In this document: positions 9,101 through 17,556 of the stretch, in pieces
Position numbering within the stretch: position 1 is the stretch's first letter
Layout: every line of letters starts with the position of its first letter
NCBI GenBank assembly: GCA_964344575.1
Contig: CAYFOA010000005.1
Location: 15,105-79,104, forward strand
Length of the DNA: 64,000 nt
Direction of reading: 5' to 3'
Source of the DNA: an uncultured Rickettsiales bacterium
GTDB lineage: Bacteria > Myxococcota_A > UBA796 > UBA9615
The notes under the pieces: model-generated
Seen by the model: only the letters and a program-made list of their open reading frames with translations
What the model was told of the DNA's origin: nothing
The model's database searches: none
Position numbers and translations under genes: made by a program

Positions 9101-10633
9101 GCGCTGTCGGTGCCGGCGCACGACCAGGTGGCGCTCTGGAACGTGCCCGGCCTGTTCGCCCCGAAGCCGCTCCGCCTCCGGCCCGACTGGTCGGTGGGGC
9201 TCGTGCTCGCGGCGGCGTTCGTCGTCGGAGGCGCGGGCACCCGCGACCGGCGCCTGTTCGCGTTCGCGATCGCGCTCTACGCGACGGGCATCGCCGGGGG
9301 AGTCCCGATCCTGCGCTACCTGTTCGCGCCCCTGCTGCTCGTCACCCACCCCGTCGACACGTTCTGGGGGGCGCTGGCGCTGCTCCCCGGCGCCGCGGTC
9401 GGCGCCCTCGCGCTGGACCGGCTCCTCGCCGAGGACCGGGTCGCGTTGGCCGCCCGGCTCCGGGGACCGGCCGGCGCGGTGCTCGGCGTCGTCCTCGCAG
9501 GCGGCGTCCTCCGCGTCGCGCTGGCCTCGTCGTGGCTGCCTTCGGAGGTGGAGCGGCAGGGCGTGCTCGTCGCCGCGCTCCAGGCCGCCGCGGTCGTGGC
9601 GGCGCTCGTCGTCGTCCTCCGGATGCCCCCCGGCCGGCGCCGCACCGCGGCCGTCGCGGCGATCGCGCTGATCGACCTGGCGGCCCTGGCGGTCCGCTTC
9701 CACACGGCCCTGCCGTCGGTCCCGCTGGAGCTGGCGGACCGGGTGGAGGACGCGGACGCCGAAGCCCTCGCCGGCGGCTACCTCCACCTCGGCGAGTTGG
9801 CCGACCTGGAGGGCTTCCTCTACGACACCGGGGGGATGGGGCCGAGCGCCGACCTCGCCGACGAAGGGGAGAACTTCGACGACCTCGCGCGGTACCTCCG
9901 GGAGAACATCGTCCACCTGCGCTGGCCCGTGCACCTCGGCGTGGGCCGGGGGATCCGGGGGGCGAGCGGGCGCGCGAAGATGCCGCCTCGCCGGCCCCTG
10001 GCGCTGCTCGCGCCGCTGGCGGACGCCATCGTCGGCGACGGCCCCGAGCGCAAGCGCCTGGAGGACGACCACCCCGAGCTGATCCGGCCGCTGTTCCGGG
10101 ACGCCTCCGCCCTCGGCACCAACACGCTGCGCCTGATGCGCGTCCGCACCGCGGTCGGCGGGATCGACGGCTCGCTCCGGTTCGACGCGGGGCCGCCCCA
10201 GCCCCGCTGCTGGACTGCCCCGTCGGTGCGCGTGCTCGCCGGCGAGGACGAACGCGTGGCCGAGCTGCTGGCGGCTCCCTTCGACCCGGCGGCGCCCGCG
10301 ATCGTCGAGGACCCGACCCTCGCCGAGCGCCCGCTCGTCCCCGCCACCGCCCGCTGCGACGACACCGGCGACGTGGCGGTGGAGGCGACCGGCCCGGCCC
10401 TCGTCGTGGTCGGCGAGACCTGGCACCCGGGCTGGCGCGTCGGCGACGGCCGGCCGACCTTCCCCGTCAACCAGGTCCACTTCGGCTTCTTCGCCGACGC
10501 CTCCGACGAGGCGCCCCTCGCCCTGCGGTTCGTCCCCCCGGGGCTGCTCCCCGCGGCGGGGGCGTCGGCGCTCGCCTGGCTCACCGTCGTCGGCCTCGCC
10601 CTCGCGGCGCGCCGGTCCGGGCGCGGGGCCTGA
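6107..10633 (+). CDS. Tandemly duplicated YfhO-like membrane protein (two YfhO-family modules fused, 1508 aa)
   Basis: Both halves start with the YfhO-like N-terminus (HGTLPWEWLRTAWRTGQSPWYAPGVVGGAPLL and HVVPLFEWLRTALLEGRSPWFVPGKLGGTSLF). Both end with the YfhO C-terminal W-HPGWRV motif (ERWHPGWRV and ETWHPGWRV) plus a terminal TM helix. Confidence 0.75.
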   Translation: MRSAPLAVALLGTLAVAAPMLFGQGVDAADDLVYHGTLPWEWLRTAWRTGQSPWYAPGVVGGAPLLSDAVYMAPFYPASWLVLVLPVHVAYPLVCVLHALGAALATWWLARRLGASPGSAALAGAAIGMGPLGATGIVDGRPMQWAIVVWLPVAFGCLEALKSAEGRARWRWVGGAGIAIALVLLGAHLRLAAAAGAVLVLRVLLGGLPRGPASVAVALGLLGGAPAVLPLLLEWREASAGGTAAGSLLAAMAGPAFGGIHPDNVPGLLAPTPRAMRPDYSVGLVLGAALILTAGRGRLAWRSAGGRLVALWGIVATAVFLASFPGVRYLTAPLLLITHPVNDMYLGAVLPVVAATGALALDEATARFGERPRSLGRRGLVVAVLVVGAVLVAALPSDQITDAWTRGLYLLGAGRAVAIAVAAWRMPARTWVPLGMADVALYALALHVAVPSTPLRLDRPAAQEYAELRDGYADFIDLANMEPTRYSGEGRGFVFDGEFPPYRLFVEQTQELLDGRSVPLGYAAAHGVRALAGEHKLTSVRQSVALEPLLARMPRDGPPTDADVDVILAVPEAARVIALHGIGMAVGPRRGVRVPGPIAPPCYSPDRFVVEPDPAARMRALLAAPFDPRRAWLEAPLPADVSTAAEVTCPSSRAVAANAADGPALIVFGERWHPGWRVLDEDGTERRPMPVNQIHLGVVVEPGQHRLTLDFVQPGLAAAGACALGAWFLLLGLVAPSLRETAAAAPPPPEARGWPTAAAVALSAAVALPLAVGRGVDLPDDALFHVVPLFEWLRTALLEGRSPWFVPGKLGGTSLFADASIHPLYPGVWGVLALDAHHALVASMVLHAVGTVFAVRWMARSFGASATSATLAGAGVAAGTIGCLSAIDVMVDTWPVFLWFPVALGALERLRLAPADDAAAARRWTAVAGAAVALMLLGSHLRYGAAAGAALGVWALWRPGRRAWALGALAIGLAGGAVALVPSLLEWQHAASDTARAAALSVPAHDQVALWNVPGLFAPKPLRLRPDWSVGLVLAAAFVVGGAGTRDRRLFAFAIALYATGIAGGVPILRYLFAPLLLVTHPVDTFWGALALLPGAAVGALALDRLLAEDRVALAARLRGPAGAVLGVVLAGGVLRVALASSWLPSEVERQGVLVAALQAAAVVAALVVVLRMPPGRRRTAAVAAIALIDLAALAVRFHTALPSVPLELADRVEDADAEALAGGYLHLGELADLEGFLYDTGGMGPSADLADEGENFDDLARYLRENIVHLRWPVHLGVGRGIRGASGRAKMPPRRPLALLAPLADAIVGDGPERKRLEDDHPELIRPLFRDASALGTNTLRLMRVRTAVGGIDGSLRFDAGPPQPRCWTAPSVRVLAGEDERVAELLAAPFDPAAPAIVEDPTLAERPLVPATARCDDTGDVAVEATGPALVVVGETWHPGWRVGDGRPTFPVNQVHFGFFADASDEAPLALRFVPPGLLPAAGASALAWLTVVGLALAARRSGRGA

Positions 10634-10635
10634 GG

Positions 10636-12750
10636 ATGGTGCGGTCGCGGCGCGCGATCCACGCGGCGTCGGCCGCGCTGTTCGGCTTCGTCGCGATCAC
10701 GGGGCTGTACGTGCTCCTCGCCGAGCTGTTCACGCCCGGCTACTTCCCGATGCTCGCCGCTCACGTGTACGTCGGCCTGCTCCTCGCGATCGCCGTGCCG
10801 ATCGGGCTGGGGCTGCACCTGAAGCGGACGTCGTCGCCCGGGCTCCGGTCGATGCTGCCGGTGGTCGCGCTCCTCGCGATCCCGACCCTGCTGGTGGAGA
10901 TCGCGCTGCGGGCGGAGATCCGGAGCGTGCAGGACGTGCCCAGTCGGGACGGGCTCGACCGGCTGTTCGGGGAGATCGCCCTGCTCGTCTGGGGCACCGA
11001 CGGCGGCGACGGCGCCACGGTGGGGTCCGCGGCGGGCCTCGCGACCGGGCTGGCGCTCTTCTCCGCGGCGCTGGCGTGGTGGCTGCGCGAGCGGCAGCCG
11101 TCGGTCCCGGTGCGGTGGACGGGGGTGCTCGCGACGGCGGCGCTCATGCTCGCGGTGACGACCGGCCTGACCAGCTGGCTGGGGCGGGGGGACGCGCGCT
11201 TCGACGCGTTCGCTGCCCACTCCCTGGTCGGCCTCCTGTGCATCGTCGCGACCGTCGCCCACCTCCGCGCGCCCCGCCGGTGGCTCGGGCCGCGCCTCGG
11301 CGCGGTGGCGCTCGTGGCGGTGCTCGCGGGGGCGACCTGGGCGTGGGTCGAGACCTACCCCGAGGAGCACACCTGGCGCGTGCAGGACGACGTCCCCGAG
11401 ATGGGCCCGCGGGACCTGCACGCCGACGGTGCAGACCTCGGGCAGCCGATCGACGCCTCGCTCCTCGAAGGCTCGGCCGGTTGCGGCGAGGCCGGCTGCC
11501 ACGAGGCCCTCACCCACCAGTGGCAGGGGTCGGCGCACGCCTTCGCGGCGGACAACGCGCTGTACCGGGCGGTGGTGCGGCAGCTCGTGAGCGAGAGGGG
11601 CGCGGGCGAGGCACGGTTCTGCGCCGGCTGCCACGACCCCGTGAGGGCGCTCGCGGGCACGGTCGAGGCCGCGTACGCCGCCGGCGATCCGCCTCCCGGC
11701 GAAGGCGTCTCCTGCGTGGTCTGCCACGTGATGGTGGCGCACACCGGCGAGCCCAAGAACGGAGACGCCGCCTACCGCACGCCGATCCCCTACCCGGGCA
11801 CCGACGAGGACCAGCGCGCGGCCCGGATCCGGCTCGATCCGCGCTACCACCGGATGACGATGACCTCGCCGCTGACCGTGCACCGCGAGCTGTGCGGCAC
11901 CTGCCACCGCGTCCGGCTCGGTCCGTTCATGGGGGCCGCGGTCGAGGTCGAGGTCCAGAACGCGTACGAGGGCGAGGGCTCGATGGGGGGGTACGGCGGC
12001 ACCAGCCAGCTCTGCAGCGACTGCCACCTGCCCACGACGACGGAGCAGCCGCGGCACAGCCTGCTGCTGTACGACCACCAGATGGGTGGGCTGAACCTCG
12101 ATCTGCCGGCCTACGTGACCCACCCCGAGGCCGACCGGGCCGCCCTGGCGGACGGCGTGGCCCGAGTCGAGGCCATGATCGCGGGCGCGCTCCCCGACGG
12201 GCGCCAGTTCCCGCCCCCGCCCTTCGTGGCCGACTGGCCGCTGGCCGAGGGCGCGCCGGGGGTCCTCGCGGTCGAGGTGACGCCGACGCGCGTCGCCGAC
12301 CAGCTGGCGGTGCGCGTGACGACCGGGAACCCCCGCATCGGGCACGCCTTCCCCGTGGGCCCCTTCGACCTGCGGGAGGTGTGGCTCCGGGTCGTCGTCC
12401 GGGACGATGCCGGAGACGCGATCGCGACCCTCGGCGCCCTGGACGCCGACGGCCGCGTGCCCGAGGACGCGCCCCGCCTCGGCGCCGTCGAGCTCGACCG
12501 GTCGGGGCAGCCGCTCCGGCGGCACCGCATCTGGGACGTCGCCGGCGTCCGCGACAAGCGCACGATCCCCCGCGGCGGCACCGTCACCGACGACGTCGTG
12601 CTGGCCCTGCCTCCGGACGCGGCCGGGCCCCTCACGGTCGAGGCGACCTGGCTGGTCCGCCGCACGAACCCCGACTTCGCCGCCTTCGCGCTGGGGCCCG
12701 AGCACCCCGGGTTCCCCGTCCACGAGGTGGCCTGGGGGCGGTCGCCGTGA
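10636..12750 (+). CDS. Membrane-anchored multiheme c-type cytochrome
   Basis: N-terminal ~6-TM domain with His-containing helices, then four canonical CxxCH heme motifs (CAGCH, CVVCH, CGTCH, CSDCH) and one CX4CH (CGEAGCH). The start is the first ATG after the upstream stop. Confidence 0.75.
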   Translation: MVRSRRAIHAASAALFGFVAITGLYVLLAELFTPGYFPMLAAHVYVGLLLAIAVPIGLGLHLKRTSSPGLRSMLPVVALLAIPTLLVEIALRAEIRSVQDVPSRDGLDRLFGEIALLVWGTDGGDGATVGSAAGLATGLALFSAALAWWLRERQPSVPVRWTGVLATAALMLAVTTGLTSWLGRGDARFDAFAAHSLVGLLCIVATVAHLRAPRRWLGPRLGAVALVAVLAGATWAWVETYPEEHTWRVQDDVPEMGPRDLHADGADLGQPIDASLLEGSAGCGEAGCHEALTHQWQGSAHAFAADNALYRAVVRQLVSERGAGEARFCAGCHDPVRALAGTVEAAYAAGDPPPGEGVSCVVCHVMVAHTGEPKNGDAAYRTPIPYPGTDEDQRAARIRLDPRYHRMTMTSPLTVHRELCGTCHRVRLGPFMGAAVEVEVQNAYEGEGSMGGYGGTSQLCSDCHLPTTTEQPRHSLLLYDHQMGGLNLDLPAYVTHPEADRAALADGVARVEAMIAGALPDGRQFPPPPFVADWPLAEGAPGVLAVEVTPTRVADQLAVRVTTGNPRIGHAFPVGPFDLREVWLRVVVRDDAGDAIATLGALDADGRVPEDAPRLGAVELDRSGQPLRRHRIWDVAGVRDKRTIPRGGTVTDDVVLALPPDAAGPLTVEATWLVRRTNPDFAAFALGPEHPGFPVHEVAWGRSP

Positions 12751-14411
12751 GCCGGGCCCGGTGCGCCTGGTTGCTGGCGGTGCTGGCCGCCTGCCCCGCG
12801 CCCGACGACGACGACGACTTCGCCGTGGGCGACGACGACGACGACGACGCGACGGTCGAGACCCGTCCCCTGGGGCCGGGCTCCGAGGGGGACTTCGCCT
12901 GGGGCGACGACGTCGTCTGCGAGGACCCCTTCGCGGGGTGGGCCGGCCGCTTCGTCGAGGACGGCGCCGATCGCGGGCTGACCGAGGTGCTCGCGGGGGA
13001 GCTCATCGAAGACGGCGGCATCTACGAGGGCTACGCGTCCGTCGTGCCCGCCGACCTCGACGGGGACGGGGACCTCGACCTCGTCTTCGGGCACGACGGC
13101 GGCGCCGTGCACGCGTACCTCAACGACGGCGCCGGGGACTTCGACCCGGCCCCGACCTTCGAGTCGCCCCCGACGTGGCCGCACGGAGACCAGCCGCCGC
13201 TCCTCGCGGTGGCCGACCTCGACGGCGATGCGCTGCCCGAGGTCCTCGCCGTGGGGGAGCAGGCCTGGGTCTGGGACGACCTCGGGGACGGCTCGTGGGG
13301 CGCGCCCGCCGTGATCGCGGCGTCGTTCGACGAGCCCCCGGCGGCGCTGACGGTGGGCGACACCGACGGAGACGGCGACCTGGACGCCGTGCTCGGCACC
13401 TTCGCGGCGGGCCCCGACGGCCCGTACTTCCCGGAGCTCCTCCTCCTCAACGACGGCGCCGGGGGGTTCACCGTCGCGGGCGAAGTCGTCGCGACCGCCG
13501 GCCACGTCAGCACCCAGGCGATCACGCTGACGGATCGGGACCTCGACGGGGACCCGGACCTGTTCGTGGCGGACGGGATGTTCGACGCCGCCGCCCCCTC
13601 GGCCTTCTTCACCAACGACGGCAGCGGCGGCTTCACCGACGAGGCGGCGGCCCTGTCGGCGGACCTCGTGCTCGCGGGCATGGGGTTCGCGACCTGGGAC
13701 TGGAACGGCGACGGCGCCTTCGACTACTGCGTGACCGACGTCGGGCCGGCGCGCTGCCTCGTGTCCGACGGCGGGGGCCGGTTCTTCGAGGCCACCGCCC
13801 AGATCGGGCTGGGGCCGGCGGAGCGGCCGTTCGAGGAGCTCGAGGTCGCCACGATCGGCTGGTCGCTGGACGTCGTCGACCTGGACCACGACGGCGTGCT
13901 CGACGCGGTGCAGGCGTCGGCCCCCGACTTCGGCACGGGCCTCGCCCCGGATCAGCTCCGCTGGCCGGACCTCGTGTGGCGGGGGACGTCCGACGGCGCG
14001 TTCGTCGACGTCACCGGCGGCTCCGGCTTCGGCACGTCCGACGCCAACTACGGGTCCGCGCCGGGCGACTTCGACGGGGACGGCAGCCAGGACATCGTCG
14101 TCGCCGGCCCCGGCCGCCGGCCCCGCCTCTACCTGAACCGGTGCAGCGCCGGGGGCTGGCTGGAGGTCGAGCTGCTCGGCCCCCCGGGCAACGCCGACGC
14201 CATCGGCGCCGTGCTGTGGGTCGACGGGGCGTCGCCGCGGGAGCTCCAGGGGCCGCGGGGGTGGGGGCAGCGGCCGAGCCGGTTCCACGTGGGCCTCGGG
14301 GACGCGACGGAGGCCTCGCTGGAACTCCGCTGGCCGGACGGTGCGGTCAGCACGATCGACCGGCTCCGGCCGCGTCGTCGCGTCGTCGTCACCCACCCTG
14401 CTGCGCGCTAG
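12747..14411 (+). CDS. ASPIC/UnbV plus FG-GAP repeat lipoprotein (CRTAC1-like)
   Basis: The GTG overlaps the upstream stop (GTGA). It has a lipoprotein signal (VSRARCAWLLAVLAAC), DxDGDGxxD FG-GAP repeats and a UnbV_ASPIC-type C-terminus (AIGAVLWVDG...FHVGLGDATEASLELRWPDG). Confidence 0.75.
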   Translation: MSRARCAWLLAVLAACPAPDDDDDFAVGDDDDDDATVETRPLGPGSEGDFAWGDDVVCEDPFAGWAGRFVEDGADRGLTEVLAGELIEDGGIYEGYASVVPADLDGDGDLDLVFGHDGGAVHAYLNDGAGDFDPAPTFESPPTWPHGDQPPLLAVADLDGDALPEVLAVGEQAWVWDDLGDGSWGAPAVIAASFDEPPAALTVGDTDGDGDLDAVLGTFAAGPDGPYFPELLLLNDGAGGFTVAGEVVATAGHVSTQAITLTDRDLDGDPDLFVADGMFDAAAPSAFFTNDGSGGFTDEAAALSADLVLAGMGFATWDWNGDGAFDYCVTDVGPARCLVSDGGGRFFEATAQIGLGPAERPFEELEVATIGWSLDVVDLDHDGVLDAVQASAPDFGTGLAPDQLRWPDLVWRGTSDGAFVDVTGGSGFGTSDANYGSAPGDFDGDGSQDIVVAGPGRRPRLYLNRCSAGGWLEVELLGPPGNADAIGAVLWVDGASPRELQGPRGWGQRPSRFHVGLGDATEASLELRWPDGAVSTIDRLRPRRRVVVTHPAAR

Positions 14412-14486
14412 GAGCGGCGCCGCGCCCGCCGCGCGAGGTCGAGCACGGCCTCCACGGGGCCCTGAGCCCACCGCCGATCCCGGCCT

Positions 14487-16091
14487 ATGCTGGACGATGG
14501 CGTGCGGCAGCTTCTCCCCGTCCTGATCCTCTCGGCGGCGTGTGGGTCGGTGCCCCCCGAGCCCGAGGCGACGCCCGGCGACCCGGCGGCGACGACCCCC
14601 GGCTACGACGACGGCAGCGCGCTCGCCGATCTCGGCTTCCGCCAGTCGCAGGTCGGTCCGGACGTCGGCTACTGGGCCCGGATCGTCGGCGGGGGGGTCG
14701 TCGCCGCCGACCTCGACGCCGACGGGTTCGACGACCTGTTCTTCCCCCAGGCCGCCGGCGCCAACGCGCTCTACTGGGGGCAAGGGGACGGCACGTTCGT
14801 CGCCGACGCCTCGCTCGCCTTCGACTCCGACGTCACCGTCGCCGCGTCCACCGCGGACGCCGACGGGGACGGCCGCCTCGACCTGCTGCTGCTCGGGCAG
14901 GACGTCCTCCGGTTGTTCCTCAGCGCCGGCGACCGCACCTTCGCGGAGACCGCCATGCCGCCCGTCGACGGCGTCGCGGCCACGTCCGCGTGGGGCGACC
15001 TGGACCTCGACGGGGACCTCGATCTGTTCGTCGGTGTCTATGCTGGAGACACGCCGTCGGAAGCCGCCGGAGGCACCGAGGCGGGGCGGCCCAACCTCTG
15101 GCTCCTCAACGACGGCGCCGCCACCTTCGAGCCCCTGCCCCCGCCCCCCGGCAGCGACGGCGCGCCCCTGCACGCCCTCTTCCGGGACTTCGACCACGAC
15201 GGCCGCCCCGACCTGCTCCAGGTCAACGACTTCGGCCTCGAGGGCGACTGGAACACCATGCTCTGGATGCGCGACGGCGAGGGCGGCTGGATCGACCGCG
15301 CCTCCGAGCTCGGCATCGGGCTGCTCGAGTTCCCCATGGGCGCGCTCCACGACGACCTCGACGGGGACGGCGTCGAGGACCTCTGGTTCAGCAACATCGG
15401 CGCCACCCGCGTCTTCCAGGGGCTGGCCGAGGGCGGCTGGGTGGAGGTGTCCGGCCTGTGGGGCGCGGCCCTGCCGTCGCACCACGAGTCCGTGAGCTGG
15501 AGCGTGCTGCCCGTCGACCCCGACGGCGACGGCCGGCCCGGCGTCTACGTCACCTACGGGCCCATGTCCGAGCTCGACCACGTGCCCGACGACCCCGACG
15601 TCTACTTCGACCAGCCCGACCGGCTGCTCGTCCCGACCTCCGGCGCCGACGACGCCCCGAGCCCGTTCGCGGAGGCGCCCGCCGGTACGCTGGCGGGGCG
15701 GCTGGACGGCAACCACCGGGGCGTCGCCGAGGCCGACCTCAACAGCGACGGGGTGCCCGACCTCGTGGTCGGGGCCGTCAACGGCGAGCCGCTGGTGCTC
15801 CTCGGGCGGCCCGGCGGAGGGCGACGGCTGGCGGTCGAGCTGCGCGATCCGGCGTCGCCCAACGGGTTCGCGATCGGCGCCCGCGTCACCGTCGAGGCGG
15901 GGGGGCGGACGTGGAGCCGCGAGCTCGGCGCGGGCGGGCGCGGGAGCCAGAGCGGCGAGGGGCCCGTGCTCTGGTTCGCGGTCGGGGACGCCGGCGCGAT
16001 CGACGGCCTGGCGGTGGCGTGGCCCGGCGGCGGGAGCGACGTCTTCGACGTGGACTGCGTGGACTGCCGGATCGTGCTGACGCGACCCTAG
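14487..16091 (+). CDS. ASPIC/UnbV plus FG-GAP repeat lipoprotein, paralogous to the preceding gene
   Basis: Lipobox LSAAC, FG-GAP repeats and a UnbV_ASPIC C-terminus (FAIGARVTVEAGG...VLWFAVGDAGAIDGLAVAWPGG). Confidence 0.8.
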   Translation: MLDDGVRQLLPVLILSAACGSVPPEPEATPGDPAATTPGYDDGSALADLGFRQSQVGPDVGYWARIVGGGVVAADLDADGFDDLFFPQAAGANALYWGQGDGTFVADASLAFDSDVTVAASTADADGDGRLDLLLLGQDVLRLFLSAGDRTFAETAMPPVDGVAATSAWGDLDLDGDLDLFVGVYAGDTPSEAAGGTEAGRPNLWLLNDGAATFEPLPPPPGSDGAPLHALFRDFDHDGRPDLLQVNDFGLEGDWNTMLWMRDGEGGWIDRASELGIGLLEFPMGALHDDLDGDGVEDLWFSNIGATRVFQGLAEGGWVEVSGLWGAALPSHHESVSWSVLPVDPDGDGRPGVYVTYGPMSELDHVPDDPDVYFDQPDRLLVPTSGADDAPSPFAEAPAGTLAGRLDGNHRGVAEADLNSDGVPDLVVGAVNGEPLVLLGRPGGGRRLAVELRDPASPNGFAIGARVTVEAGGRTWSRELGAGGRGSQSGEGPVLWFAVGDAGAIDGLAVAWPGGGSDVFDVDCVDCRIVLTRP

Positions 16092-16106
16092 CGGGCGCGG
16101 GGGCGG

Positions 16107-16146
16107 GCGTCGCCTGGACGATGGACGCGCTGGCCGTCTGGTACCG
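16107..16146 (+). repeat. Remnant copy B of the CPBP gene 3' end, in the intergenic gap upstream of the metalloprotease gene
   Basis: The sequence gcgtcgcctggacgatggacgcgctggccgtctggtaccg is 35/38 identical to 1203..1240. It still reads VAWTMDALAVWYRLRP* in frame, with its TGA overlapping the ATG at 16156. Confidence 0.7.
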
Positions 16147-16155
16147 TCTCCGGCC

Positions 16156-17556
16156 ATGAGCCGGCTCCTCCTCGCGGCGCTCCTGACCCTCCTGTGCGCG
16201 TGCCCCGCGCCGGAGTCCGAGCCGGTCCCGGTCGTCCCCGAGGACCCCGGCCCCTGGCCGATCACCACGGGGCTGAGCGTGACGGACGTCGTGGTCAACC
16301 AGGGGGTCGAGATCGCGCTGCAGCGCGACGGCGAGCCGGTCGCCGAGCGGAACGCCCCCGTCGTCGCCGGGCGGCCGCTCCTCGTCCGCGTCGCCGTCGC
16401 CACGGACTTCCTCTGGAACCCGCGGGAGGTGCGCGCCGAGCTGACCCTGCTCCAGCCCGACGGGACGTCCGACCGGCGCGACCAGGTCGTCTTCGTCGAC
16501 GAGGACGGCGACCTGCTCGACCCCGACACGACCCTGCACTTCCGGCTCGCGGCGACCGACGTCCTCCCGGGGACGCGCTTCGCCGTCAGCTTCTGGGCGA
16601 CCCGGGACCTGGGCCAGGACGGCGACCCCGTGGCGTGGCCCGCGTACGGCGAGACGGCGCCGCTGCTGGCCGACGACGCCGGCGGCCTGCTCCGCGTCTG
16701 GCTCCTCCCCGTCCGCTACACCGCCGACGGCAGCGACCGCCTCCCCGACACCAGCCCCGAGCAGATCCGCCTCCTCGAGGAGACGCTCGCCGGGATGCTG
16801 CCGGTGCGGGCCGTCGAGCTGTCGGTCCTCGACCCGATCGAGACGACCGAGCACTGGGACAGCGGAGGCGCGTCCATGGGCGCGCTCCTGAGCCACCTGC
16901 GCGACCTCCGCGAGAACCTCCACGTCCCCTGGGACACGTACCTGTACGCGCTCGTCAGCCCCCGCAACACGTGGGGCGGGTTCTGCAACCTCGGCTGCAC
17001 CGCGGGCATCTCCTACCGGCCCACCAACCCGATCAACGACCGCCTCCGCGTCAGCGTCGGGCTGGGCTTCACCGGGGTGAACGCCGCCTACGTGATGGTC
17101 CACGAGCTCGGCCACGCGCACGACCGGGGGCACGCGCCGTGCGGCAACGCCGGCAACGTCGACCCCGACTTCCCCTACGTCGGCGGCTGGATCGGGACGC
17201 GCGGGTACGACGTCGTCAACGACGTCCACTACGGCACCGTCGACGCGTACGACGTCATGGGGTACTGCGACCCGGACTGGGTGAGCGACTACACCTACGC
17301 GGCCGTCCACGAGCGGATGGGGGCGGTCGAGGGGCTGCGGGACGAGCACAGCGCCCGCGCGGTGGAGGACTGGACGGCGATCGACGTGTTCGGCGGCGAG
17401 GTCCGGAAGGTCCACCCGACGCGGTCGTTCGCGTTCACCCCCGAGGGCGATCGGGTCGACGTCGAGCTCCCCGACGGCCGCACGGTCGAGGGCTGGCGCG
17501 TCCCCATGACGCACATCGACGGGGCGACGATCTTCGTCCCCGGCGCGATCGACTAG
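16156..17556 (+). CDS. Secreted zinc metalloprotease lipoprotein
   Basis: Lipobox LLCAC and the zinc-binding motif HELGHAHDRGH (HExxHxxxxxH). The ATG overlaps the stop of a CPBP-gene remnant (CCATGA). Confidence 0.7.
   Translation: MSRLLLAALLTLLCACPAPESEPVPVVPEDPGPWPITTGLSVTDVVVNQGVEIALQRDGEPVAERNAPVVAGRPLLVRVAVATDFLWNPREVRAELTLLQPDGTSDRRDQVVFVDEDGDLLDPDTTLHFRLAATDVLPGTRFAVSFWATRDLGQDGDPVAWPAYGETAPLLADDAGGLLRVWLLPVRYTADGSDRLPDTSPEQIRLLEETLAGMLPVRAVELSVLDPIETTEHWDSGGASMGALLSHLRDLRENLHVPWDTYLYALVSPRNTWGGFCNLGCTAGISYRPTNPINDRLRVSVGLGFTGVNAAYVMVHELGHAHDRGHAPCGNAGNVDPDFPYVGGWIGTRGYDVVNDVHYGTVDAYDVMGYCDPDWVSDYTYAAVHERMGAVEGLRDEHSARAVEDWTAIDVFGGEVRKVHPTRSFAFTPEGDRVDVELPDGRTVEGWRVPMTHIDGATIFVPGAID

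Noticed and set aside
5825-10480. 1551-aa minus-strand ORF antisense to the YfhO-like gene. Similar giant Arg-rich ORFs lie at 12111..16529, 3589..6144, 1901..3544, 22547..25660, 53174..55993 and 55146..57230.
   Set aside because: All are RRRR/GRRG-rich antisense translations of well-supported genes and have no domain-like segments. They are GC-skew artefacts of the six-frame track.
8284-12750. Very long + ORFs (8284..12750, 11076..14411, 12407..16159, 39937..42741, 41283..43496, 42926..46150) extending far upstream of recognisable starts
   Set aside because: Their 5' parts overlap upstream genes in another frame and are Arg/Gly-rich. The true starts are placed at GTGA/ATGA overlaps or at signal peptides (10636, 12747, 41113, 42741, 43514).
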